A DNA stretch of 64,000 bases from Monocercomonoides exilis PA203 (taxonomy: Eukaryota > Protista > Preaxostyla): positions 1,984,001-2,048,000 of the forward strand of contig LSRY02000005.1 of assembly GCA_001643675.2 (NCBI GenBank), read 5' to 3'. Shown piece after piece: positions 38,905 through 50,500 of this stretch; positions within the stretch are counted from its first letter, which is position 1; each line of letters opens with the position of its first letter. The position numbers and the translations under genes were made by a program. Under the pieces are notes generated by a model. The model was not told the DNA's origin. It worked only from the letters and a program-made list of their open reading frames with translations, and did no database searches.

Positions 38905-39703
38905 CTCTTCTTCTTCTTCTTCTTCTTCCTCGCTCTTATCACTCATTTCATCTTTCATTTCGTCAATTTCTTCGATTGTATCAAGCCCGTCAACAGAGCC
39001 AAGCTTTCCTCCCATCTCCAATTCTCCTTCAGCCAACTTCATCAGATCACAAACACGCCCAGGTGTTCCCACAACAATAGGGGGACGTTTCATCAAAAGT
39101 CTTTCTTGCTTTTTCTGGGACACGCCTCCAACAAGTGCAATGGCTGCTCCTCCGTTCTTATAGCTGCAAATACAATCTTCAGGAGCAAATTCAAGTATTT
39201 TGTTGATATGATCACGAACTTGATAAGCAAGTTCTCGGGTTGGAGTCAATATTAAAGCAACCATTCTTGAATTTTTCTCTTCTGAAATTTTGTTTTCTCC
39301 AGAAATTGAAATATCATCTTCATTATCAAGATCAATTAACCGCTTCTTCTTTCCTTGTGTCACAAGGTGTCTGTTACTTTCATGAGATTTGTGAATCTTT
39401 ATGTTAAATAATCTCTGTGCAATTGGTATACCAAATGCAAGTGTTTTCCCAGATCCCTAAAGAATAAAAATAAATGAATAAAATTATCAGAAGTACTAAA
39501 TTTTAGCTGCACACTGTTTCAGCTGCACCTATAACACTTGCATGTGATCTTCCAATAACTTCTGGAATTACTCGTTGTTGGATCTGTGTTGGATATTCAA
39601 ATTTTAAAGCTGATATAGCTTGATTTATTGATTCATGAAGTCGAAGCCTCAACCATTCATCTGAAAGTTCGTTGGTTTTATTCTTCTTTGAACTAATGGC
39701 CAT
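35662..39703 (-). CDS. DDX24: DEAD-box RNA helicase DDX24/MAK5, multi-exon
   Basis: Q motif FEYPTQIQ, GAAET|GSGKTLAFGIP, LTPTRELA, GGVSQKKQERLL, GTPGR, DEADRM, FSATL, HAKMQQRQRLKNMDRF and YIHRSGRTGRA. The inferred last exon reads RPILPREVSLRFPT...KKWRK and ends at TGA 35662. Confidence 0.92.
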
Positions 39704-39995
39704 GAGCGAAAATAAGCAACAAAAAAAATGTTACTTGTTGGCAAAGAACAAAATTATTGTTTGTGTAAATAAATAGTGGGTAATTTTATCAGATTCCATC
39801 AATAATTGTTTATCTTTTTTTTTTTTTTCTGTTAAGCATATGCATGTGAATGATGAATAAGATGAAAAAAAAAACAATAATTGCATAACCACATTTAGAT
39901 TATTAGAAATATTTGGTAAGCTGTATCATCGTCAAATTCTGTAGTTTTTTCAGCAAATATAAAATTGTGCAATTTAAAAGCTGTTTATAAGCATA

Positions 39996-41036
39996 ATGTC
40001 TTTGCATCTTGAAAAGGATGAGGATATTTCTCCTATTGAAGAAGATTTATTTATTCCTATCTATAATTGTCCAAGTTCGTCTAAACAGCAAATTAATTGC
40101 CTAAGTGATTCGCTATTAAAAAATATGACAGAAGTTAATCAAAACTCGGAGTATTCTACTCCTGATACTGTTATATATCATCAAGAAACACCAAATATTT
40201 CAAATGAATCATTTTTTCAGTTTAAAGAATATCCTCCAAAATCTCTTGTTTGCTTCCCATGCTTTATTGATGAACTTGTAAGCAAATCAATAATTACAAA
40301 AACTGCAATATTTTCTTCAAAAATTGCAGAAACTTATCTTTATCTTCATTCAACTTGTGTAACAAGACCAGATTTATTTCCTACAAATTGCACTACGTGT
40401 AAAAAATATCCCTTTCCTCGCGTTAGCTTGTGTTATCCTTATTCGTGTGATATTCTTCTTGGAAATTCTACAATGAGTAAAGAATGCTTTTGGATGGAAA
40501 TACAAGCTATTCTAACAGCTTTGTGTGTAAATTTAAGGATATGTGAATCAGAGCTAATTCAAGGAATCGCTTTATTTCGGAGAGTTTGTAATTCTCATTA
40601 TCTTTGTTCGAAGAAATTTGTTGACAGGTTATGGATCGAAACAGTTTTGATAATCTGCATTATACTTGGATATAAAGGAAATTCGGACAAAGTAATTTCA
40701 AATGGAATTATTCTTTCAATGTTTTCTATGAAGCGTGATGAACTTATTGCAATAGAAAGAATTGTTTTGGAATATTTATGTTGGAATGTTATTGTTTCTC
40801 GGGAAGAGTATTTGGAATTGCAGCAAAGGTTGGAAATTGAACAACAAAACATTGCAGACTTTCGAGGGAGCCTAAACAAAAATGCGAACTCTCCAAAAAA
40901 GGCAAGGAGAGCTAGACGACCTAGAGATATTAGCTATGGTGAAAAAAGCCCTTGCTATCAACTGAATACATCTTCCTGTCCAATTTCAGCTATTTCATCT
41001 ATTGCTTTGTCACTGCCTCTTTCTACGAATGTCTAG
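39996..41036 (+). CDS. Cyclin-fold protein (PHO80/cyclin P/U-like), 346 aa, intronless
   Basis: Cyclin-box pattern CESELIQGIALFRR..VLIICIILGYKGNSDKVISN..ELIAIERIVLEYLCWNVIVSREEY. Confidence 0.72.
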   Translation: MSLHLEKDEDISPIEEDLFIPIYNCPSSSKQQINCLSDSLLKNMTEVNQNSEYSTPDTVIYHQETPNISNESFFQFKEYPPKSLVCFPCFIDELVSKSIITKTAIFSSKIAETYLYLHSTCVTRPDLFPTNCTTCKKYPFPRVSLCYPYSCDILLGNSTMSKECFWMEIQAILTALCVNLRICESELIQGIALFRRVCNSHYLCSKKFVDRLWIETVLIICIILGYKGNSDKVISNGIILSMFSMKRDELIAIERIVLEYLCWNVIVSREEYLELQQRLEIEQQNIADFRGSLNKNANSPKKARRARRPRDISYGEKSPCYQLNTSSCPISAISSIALSLPLSTNV

Positions 41037-41968
41037 CTAACTCTTCATCTAAAAACATCGTCTTCATCATATTCCACCATTCATTCACATGTTTTTATGT
41101 AATCTTAGTCTACAAATTCCGTCTCATATCAAAAAATTACAATCAGAAGCAAAACTCCTTTAAATATGTTGTTTTCCGTATTTTGTTGTTTGAAAGGATA
41201 CGGATTGAGTAAAATTAGAATTCAAGATGAGCTATACTCACATATGATATTCACTGTTGCCGTTATTCAAAAAAACTAGCTATAAATGCGATTCTGCAGT
41301 TGGTTATGCGATTGCAAAGCATATAAGCATTTGAATAAAACAACAGGAATTTGCTTAAATTCCAAAAGAAAGTTCGTTTTGTTCAATTTGAGAAAGTATT
41401 CGCAAATTTGTTTGAGTTTGTTTGCATTTATGATATTATTGAGATTGGCTTTATATTTTTCAGAAAGAATATGGCTTCATTTGCATTATGACGCTTTTTA
41501 AGCGATTTTCTAATATCTTTTGTATTAAATTTTTTGAGTTATTTTCTCTCCTTAATGCTTTCTTTCCACCTTTTTCCTGCTTTTTCATTAAAAATTCATT
41601 CTTTCCACTGTTTTTTGACTTCTCATGATCTTTAATTCACATTTCTTGAATAATTAAAGTCTTTCAATTATTCTTTGTCTTTTGTTTTATTTCCTCAACA
41701 TTTATTTGTTAATGTTTGAAATTTTTCTTCATATTTTATCCAAATTTATAAATTCCGATTTTTGAGCATTTCATTTACACTTAAAACGAATGCATTGTTT
41801 CGATTTTAACTTTTTTAACCAATTTTAAAAAATGCAATTATCTGTAACACGACCTCAGTGTTTCAAATTAAGATAAAAACTTCAATTGTAAAAAATTATA
41901 AAGAAAAAAAAAAACAATAATATCAAAAAATTACATAATCAGAATTCACTCCAAAAAAGACAATCTTT

Positions 41969-42443
41969 CTAGCACAATTTGACTTTCTGGCAGACGGTCT
42001 GAGGAGGTAATCTTTGTTCAATATAGCTAATAGCTTTTTGGAGAAGGGTGTCAACCAATGCATAGCATGTTTCTTTAATTATTGGAGTTTTGGGGCACTT
42101 CTTCCTCATAAAGTCCTTTAATCCATTGACTCCGTGACCTTTAACATAATCTTCGGCCTCATCAACAAGTTCTTGGCCTAGAAAAAATAACATCCAAATT
42201 ATAATGTTGTTAAGATACTTTAAAACAAAAAATTAACATTTTATGCATACAAAGTTGGCATTTTACCGATGCTCCATCAAGTTCATCCTCGATTTCATCA
42301 TCTTCCTCGTATTCATATTCATCGTCATAATACATGCTGTCATATTCGTAATCGTCGTATCCATAGTAATCATATTCGTCATCAAATCCCGCAAAGTTCT
42401 GGGCTTTCAAAGCTGCAATAACAGATAACAATACAAAGAACAT
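41969..42443 (-). CDS. Secreted saposin-like (SAPLIP) peptide precursor, 133 aa; intron 42178-42250
   Basis: Hydrophobic N-terminus, D/E/Y-rich spacer, then six Cys in saposin-B spacing (CQLC..C..C..PQTVCQKVKLC). Splicing T|GC restores the second Cys. Confidence 0.9.
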
Positions 42444-42569
42444 TGTTGTTTTTATCTTTGGAAAAACTATTGATCTAAGCGTAAAGGGAATATTCAGAAT
42501 TCTTGTTTTTATTTTGTTATGGAAGAGTCAAAAAATTAATTATTTTTCAAAACAATTGTGTTTTATCGA

Positions 42570-43854
42570 ATGGGTTGTACTGAAGCAAAGTATTCGATTT
42601 CAAAAGTTAATACTGATCATTACACCTCGCTTCGAGAAGTTCAACTTGCAATCAGAAAAGCAGGATTGGAGAGTTCAAATTTAATTTTTGGAATTGATTA
42701 CACAGGGTCAAATCAAGTTACAGTTTGGATATATATTTTTTTGTCATATAGCATTTCCATATATTTTAGGGAGAAAAATCATTTGGAGGAAGAAGTCTTC
42801 ATGACTTAACAGTCAAAAATCCATATATGGAAGTTATTGAAATACTTGGAGAGACTTTGGAAGATTTCGATGGTATGAAAATTCAATTGTTATACGGCAA
42901 TAATTTTTCTTGTTGTGCATCCGAAAGATGATCATATTATACCTGCTTATGCATTTGGCGATGAAGAATGTCGGTAATGTAAATTTATTCATATTTTCAT
43001 AGCCTCAATTTTTTCAATCATAGGGATCAAAAGGTTAAGCCATTTTTTCCAAACAGGCATTGCAGAGGATTTCGAGAAGTTCTTGAGAGATATAGAGAAA
43101 TAACTCCACTTATGGATTTAGCAGGTCCAACTGATTTTGCACCTTTAATAAGAGAAACCATTCGAATTGTGAAAGAAGAAAGATCAGTGTGCTGTTGTTT
43201 TGTTGACTGAAGAATAATTTTAATTCTTTCTATTTGCGTGTTACGTAATGAGAATCAGTATCATATTCTTGTGATTGTTACAGATGGGCAAGTAAATGAA
43301 GAAAAATCTACAATAAACGCAATTGTGGAAGCAACAAATTATCCAATTTCTATAATTTGCGTTGGCGTTGGGGATGGACCTTGGTGTGTTGCTATGGTAT
43401 TATTCATGCTATTTTTATTTCTTGTCAAAAATGTATTTTTGTAATGATTATAAATAATATTAACTTTCACGTATTCAAAACAGGGACATGATGCACACAT
43501 TTGACGATAGAATTCCCAAGCGGAAATTTGATAATGTGTGTTATATTTTTGTTTATTTAAAAAAATAGTTTTTTCTATTTTTTTTTTAACATTTTGATAT
43601 GATTCAGTTTCAATTTGTGGAATTTAACAAAGTAAAGTCTCAGCATCCGACAAATTTGTATCCTTCTTTTGCTTTGGAAGCTTTAATGGAAATACCTGAA
43701 CAGTTTTGTAAAAATCAACTTTTTTATATTTTTAAATATGTTTATGTTTTTCATTTTTCTGTTTTCTTCAAATGTGGAAAATGTTTGGAAATGCGATTGC
43801 CCATTTTCTTTTGTAAGATACAAAGCTATAAGACAACTTGGAATGCTAAATTAA
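42570..43854 (+). CDS. Copine/RGLG-type vWA-domain protein without C2 or RING domains, multi-exon
   Basis: MGC N-terminus; [86 protein letters not shown] and [19 protein letters not shown]. Confidence 0.9.
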
Positions 43855-44568
43855 CTGTAATGAATAATGTGTGCTTGCTATTCTTTTTTATCTGAATTCA
43901 GATTTTTAATAAAAATTTTTGACCGTTCACCAGAAAATTAGCTTCAAAGGCACTTCACTTCAAAAGGTTTCATAGCTCGTTAAGATTAAAATAGTTAATC
44001 ATTTTTGTTGCTATTTGTTGTTACTTAAAAGTTCTTGTTTTAATAAACATTTCATTATTTAAAATCTTTTTTGGATTATTCTTCTGTTTTGGATTTTTGG
44101 TTTTAATTTTTGTTTTTTGTGATTTTCAAGTTTTTGTTTTGCCTTCTATTTCAATTGCATGGTTTATATGCAATATGGATCAAATGATGTAGTTTGATGG
44201 ATATTTTCAAATTGAATATATTTTTGATGAAGTAATTAACTGTTCCAATTTTTTATCAATTACTTTTTGAACTCTGTCTCGTTATTTAATTTTAAGTGCT
44301 AAATAGTTTCGAATTTGCATCAAAAGTGAAGAATTCTTTTTGGATTGTTTTTATTTTGATTCACTCGAAATTGTTCATTTTCCTTTTTCTGAGTGTAAGT
44401 TTGTCGAACAGAAATCATGAAGTAGAAAATTCATTTTGCATATTAGATTTGTGGAGCTTTCATAAATTTTTGCACAGGTTATTTTGAAGTGCGAAAACTG
44501 AACTAATTTAATAAGAGATAAATCGGAAATTTTTTGAAATGGGTAGTTTGAATTTTTTTCATAAGTGA

Positions 44569-45594
44569 ATGGCAGAAGAATCGTACGTTCATTATAGTCA
44601 ACAATGTATAGATAAGTGTTTTTTAATGATAGATTGCATGAATTTTGTGTTGTTTGTTCGTATATAAATGTTATTTCTCAGCTTATTGGGATAATCGTTA
44701 TTCTCAAGGAACGAATCAAACTGATTGGTATTTCGCATATAATCAAGCAATAAAGGAATTATTAGATACTTTCGATACAAAGGACATAAAAATATTACAT
44801 GTTGGATGTGGAAATTCACGTATGAATTATTCAAGAATTAGAATTTATTTTGTTATTTAAATACAACTTATTTTAATAAAAGTTTTCAGTGAATATTTAG
44901 CAAAAGCAGGATATCTTAATGTCACAAATATAGATTATTCTCCTGTTGTTATCGAACAAATGAAAAAGAAATATAGCGATTCATTACCAAATGCAAAGTG
45001 TATGTAACTTCCAAATTTTGCTTTTTGCATTTCTGATTTTTTTACAAGGGCTTGTGATGGATGGGTTGTCATTGAAATTTCCTGATGCTTCATTTCATGT
45101 TGTTTGTGAAAAAGGAACATTGGATGCTGTTCTTTGTGGTGAAGATTTTGAAGTTAATGCAAGAAAGTTTAACAGAGAAATGAGTCGCGTATTAAAGCAT
45201 GGAGGGTATAATTTAATTTTCTATTTTTATTTGAAACTTCAATGATTGAATTATTCTTAGTCAATTTATATCGATGACTTTTGAAAGACCGCACAGAAGG
45301 TTACCTTTTCTTGATGATTATTCATATGGGTGGAAAGTTCTATACATGAAAGTAAAAGGTGAATTAGCACCAGTTGATGAAGGTGAAGAAAGTTCCATTT
45401 ATCAAAATGAAAAATCACTGGTTGAAACGGAAAGAGTGAAGGAGAATGACAAGAATGAAGAAAAAGCACAAGAAACCAAAGATGTCTCAGATATGAAGAT
45501 TGTGGAAAAACAAGAGATAAGTGATAAATTGAAAGATGAAGAAGAAGAAGATAATGATGATGATTGCTATATTTATGTTATGTTGAAACAATAA
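44569..45594 (+). CDS. EEF1AKMT4: Class I SAM-dependent methyltransferase, EEF1AKMT4/METTL13-N-like, multi-exon
   Basis: YWDNRY, DWY, ILHVGCGNS, NIDYSPVVIEQM, VMDG..FPDASF..EKGTLDAVLCG, EMSRVLKHGG, PHRR and C-terminal YIYVM. The family is clear; the exact orthology is less certain. Confidence 0.8.
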
Positions 45595-45989
45595 TTTTAT
45601 CCATTTTTTATTAAGTTAAAATAAATTATATGAAACTGTATTTTTTAAATATCTTCGCATCAATTAATGAAGTGAAATGTTATTTTTGAGTTGTACGATT
45701 TAAAAGGGTCGAAATATTTAAAATGGTTCGTTCAAATGGATAGTTCTAAAAAAATCATTCATCGATGCTAAATTGGTAAAACCGTAATTTTCCAATGTTG
45801 AAAAATGTAGCAGTTCTTGAATTTTTACCAAAAGAATTATTTCTATAAATGGATTTATTGCAACCAAAAAAGATATGGTAAAAGTCACTTCATAAAATCA
45901 ATTTCGAAATTTTGTTATTCAAAAAATAATCATATATTTCAAATGATAAATAAAATTCCATAAACAAAATTTGTGAGAACTTGTGGGAA

Positions 45990-47320
45990 AAAATATGGGT
46001 GATTATTTTTGAAATCTCATATTTTCTGTCAAAATTTTCGGTAAGAATTTTTATTATGAATTTTTATTAATGAACCCTGAAAAGTGACAGAGCTTTTTGT
46101 GATGCCTCTTCTATTTTTTTCAAGTTAACATTATGCTTTTGAAACGATAAATAAGCATTTAAAACTTGAATGAAAATTATTTTGCAAATGACAATGAATT
46201 TTCATTCAAACAAACACACCGAAAAAAGTTATGATTTCAATAATAATTACCCATATGTAACTTCAAGCTTTTTCATCGAAAAATTATGCACTATTTATGA
46301 CTTTTAATGATCAAAAAATATGAATGAAATGGGTTCATTTTTTTAAATACGTGTGATATCATCAAACATTATGTAACGCAATTAATTTTCCCTGTTTTCG
46401 AAACAAGAATCCTCTTTATTTTCGAAACTGAGAAAGTTTCGAAAAATTGTCGGAAAAACAAAGTTAATATTTTTTGCTCAAAAAAAAAGCTTGAATGTCC
46501 GCATTATCCCCAACATTATTAAACACAAAATGTCAAAGAAACGGAAAATTAAACATTTGAGACTTTTCAAAAAGAATTACCCATATAAAAATATTGCATT
46601 TTAAAAAATTTCCCAAAAGAATAAATTCAAAGAGAATAGATTGTCAAAAAACCTCCTGAAAGACAAAATACCTATTTGTGATATGTTTTTTTTTTTAAAA
46701 AGGAGCAAAGGGAAAAAATTCTTATATTGTGATTTTTACATTTTTCCATAGATTTTTTGCACTGTCAATTGAATATTCACCATGTTTTATGAAAAGACAG
46801 AATGAACAAGAAGGAAAAGAAAATATTTGTTCCAAAATGAATTCTCATTAAAAAATCCCAAAAAATGATAAGTTATGTGAAGCTAATATCAATAAGAAAT
46901 TTTAACAAATGCGAATTTGCAAAAAGAATGACGTTCTTGCCGTAATATTTAACATAGTTCCTTTTTCAAATTTTCAGATGAAAAAAAAAAGATATTTTCG
47001 TCAAAAAAATTTTCCAACTCATCGAAATTCTTCATGATGGAAACAATAATATTATTAAGCACAAGTTTTCATTCTGAGCATATTTTGTGAGTTGGAATGA
47101 AAACTTGAGGAAAAAATACATTTTTCCTTCACATCTGAAAATTTTTCTAAATGAACATTAAAAAAAATACTTAGACACATTCCTAATGGAAAAAAATGTT
47201 GAAAAATCGAAATATTTTACTATTCACATCATGAAAAAAAGACCAAAACATTTTATTAAAAATGAATTCGAAATAATCATTAAAATATGGAATTTTTGAA
47301 TATTTCATCATTTCTTTGAA
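45990..47320 (+). repeat. Dispersed diverged repeat, copy C (upstream of the giant membrane-protein gene), with internal inverted motifs
   Basis: Homologous to copies A and B. ATATGGGTGATTATTTTTGAAATCTCATA at 45993 is inverted against AAAAGTTATGATTTCAATAATAATTACCCATAT at ~46224-46256. Confidence 0.7.
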
Positions 47321-47501
47321 CTCAAAAGTAAGTTCTATTTTCAAATCTTTTTATTTCATATATTTAATACACTCTTTCCACTTTTTGATCCATCATTTGT
47401 CAACAGATGAACCCTTAAAACAGGTTTGCTAACATCCAAAACAATAGATTCTTTTTTTATTTTTTCTTTCAAGTAAATATTCATCCAATATAAAAAAAAA
47501 G

Positions 47502-50500
47502 ATGATTCTGATGATGGCTTTCTTTGTTTTTTATTGTATTTGCAGAAATAAGATAACATGGTTTTGCAAGGAAGATGAATCACTTGAAGAACACAGCTTG
47601 AAAATAATTTCCCAAAAATACTTCAACTTCAAGCCTTCTCTAAAACAGGAAACTACAGAAAATAAAGAAACATTAGTTCCATTTGATAATAAAGGTTGTT
47701 GGAGGAAAATATGTATTCAACAAATAAATCCTCTTTCAAGTTGTGAATCAGCTATAGCAGGTAAATGGAAGATGAAGAATGCAACAATTTCTCTTATTGG
47801 AATATTTTTTGAACATTCATCTTTTCATAATCTTTTCACAATTGATAGAAGCTCTTTTGTGACCATTTTCTCAAGCGTTTTGATGAGATCAGCGAATTCT
47901 CCAGTTTCTTTTGACAATCATGAATCGACACTCAGTTTTAATAATTTTTCACTCAGAGAAAAATCCAAGTCTGAATTCGTTCAATACATCTGCTTTGTGA
48001 AAGGGAAGTTTTCTGCTATCAAGATTGATAATTGCGCGTTTTGTGATTTGAGATTCAGAGGAAGTGGGATGGTTTGTGCAGTTGATGCTCATTCTTGCAA
48101 CATCAAAAATTCGATCATGTGCAACATCACACGAGAAGGTAAACTCGCACGAAAATTTTACTCCCATTCTGTTGAAAGAAAGATAAAGGAAAGCTCCATT
48201 GAAAACTGCCAGTTGATTTCAACAGAAAAAGCTTTTTTTGGCACGGTTATTTTTGGTCTGAAAGGCGCTGCTCGTTTTCATTGCAAAAATACATCTGTAA
48301 TCGGTAACAGGTATCACAATGATGGATATACAAGCCAAAGCAGGATGAACACATCAGACTCAATATCTTTAAGCAATTCAGAATGGATTGATTGCAACTC
48401 AACATCTCATGGAGGAGCCATTTCAATTACAGGCAACAGCGCGTCAATGCTCAATCTTTCAAATTGCTTCTTTCAAAGTGATATTGCAGAGCATGGAAGG
48501 GGAGGAGCTATCTATGCCGGTACTATTTCTAATATCTTCATTACAGATTCAACTTTTCAACTCTGTAAAGCACCAGACGGAAATTATGATGAAGCCGGAG
48601 GGGCTGTTTGCTTAACATATCCTCAGACCACATATGTTTTTTCGAACGATTCAATTGAAAGTTGCTTCACTGGGAATGATGGAGGAGGAATGTCAATCGA
48701 TCGAAAGACAACAATAACAGGAAATGATATAATCAAAGATTGTTCAATAGTTAATTGCTCGACTTCAAATGATAATTCCCCATATGGTGGAGGATTTCAT
48801 ATTTGGAGAATGTCAGTTTTGCCATTAATTACAAATTGTTTATTTGTTAAGAATTTTGCAAGAGATGGAGGAGGAGGGATTTGCCTATATGTTTACACTC
48901 AGCAAACTGAATGCATTTTGTTCTTTTGCTTTTTCCACGAAAATGTTGCTTCTAGGGGATGTGATGTTCTTCTTAATGAACAAAAAAGTAATTCAATTGA
49001 TTTGAGTTGTTGTTCAACCAGAGCAAATGATATTCGAGTCTGTAATAGTACTATGGAAACAATAGACAAAAGCGAATGGCTTCGAAATGATTATGGAAGT
49101 GTGAGATTTGTTTCTTCGACTGAAACAAAAACATGTGCCAAAGACACGTTTGCATGTGGAATCAACGAAAGTCATCCGTGCAGAACCATCAGTCATTGTA
49201 TGACTCAACTTATTCCAGAATTTGTAAAGGATATTGAGGTACTGACAGGAATGATTACAGAGACGAAAAGTGTGGATTGCGGTGTAAATACTTTCACAAT
49301 ATACGGTCAATGTGATTTTACTGCAACAATCCAAACAGAATTTGAAGAATCAGATTTATCTCTGTTTTCAGTCTCAAAGGGAAAGTTGACTGTAAGAGAT
49401 CTTGCCCTTGTGCATGACTCGGCTCATCCGAATAACCGTGGGTCAAGGCTGTTTGAGATAAGTGGAGCAGGAGGAATGAGGGTCAGCAGACTGAACATAT
49501 CTTTTGGGAGCGGACGATCAACAGAAACAGCGTTCACCACTGAGCTTATAAATGTTCAGAGTGGGATGTTGCAGATGGAAAATGTGAACTGGGCAAAGAC
49601 TATCTCCACTGTTTCGTTGTTTTCACTTTCTTCGACAAATGAGATTTCATTGACACTATCAGAATGTACCTTTGATGGGATTGAAAGAGCAACCAACGGA
49701 GCAGCAGTGATCTCATTTTCCAACGATAAGATTAACATTAAGCTGAATTCATGTTCATTTTCTGGTTGTGGGAGCACAGGCTCAGAGAATGGAGGATCAA
49801 TGATGTTATGTGCAGGGAATGAAAATGAAGTGAAAGTGAAAGGCGGATCGTTTGATGAGTGCTATTGCTCAGCATCCAATGGTCTTGGGGGAGGAATCCT
49901 TCTCCAGCTATTGAATGCAAACCCCAATTTCCTGATCTCCTCTTCCTTTGGGACAAATACAGCCAAATGGGGAAGAGATATTTTTGTTATTTCACCCAAT
50001 CTGGAAGAAACAGCAAAATCAGAAAACATCACATGTGTGACAGATTCATTGGATTCTTTTGACAAGGTGAGAGGATATAACAATGGAAATACGACTGTGG
50101 CCATCCCTTTGTGCATCTATCTCCTTCCCACACCGGAAGAAATATATGTGAGTAATACTGAGGCGTCCAATCACTCACATTGTGGAATTGTCCAATTCCC
50201 ATGTTTGACAATGAAGCATTCAGTCACTCGTCAAATAGGACCAAAGAAAGTCATCGTAAATGGAATGATTTTGATGAGCGATGAATTGGCCTTTGCTGAT
50301 CAGAAGCACAGCATCCGAGGAAGCGATGAAATCAGTGGCTGGACAGTCTCTGATGCAAGTTCAACATCCAATTCAGCGATGATTTCAGCAAGTACTGAAA
50401 CAGAATTATCAAAACTCATCTTCTCTCTCCCATCTTCCCTTCCTCTTCACTCCACTTTTATTTTGTCTTCATTATCAGTGGTCATTTCTCAATGTTCGCT

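Noticed and set aside
18068-39163. Numerous antisense and alternate-frame ORFs rich in S, F, L or K
   Set aside because: They are shadows of low-complexity trinucleotide tracts within real genes.
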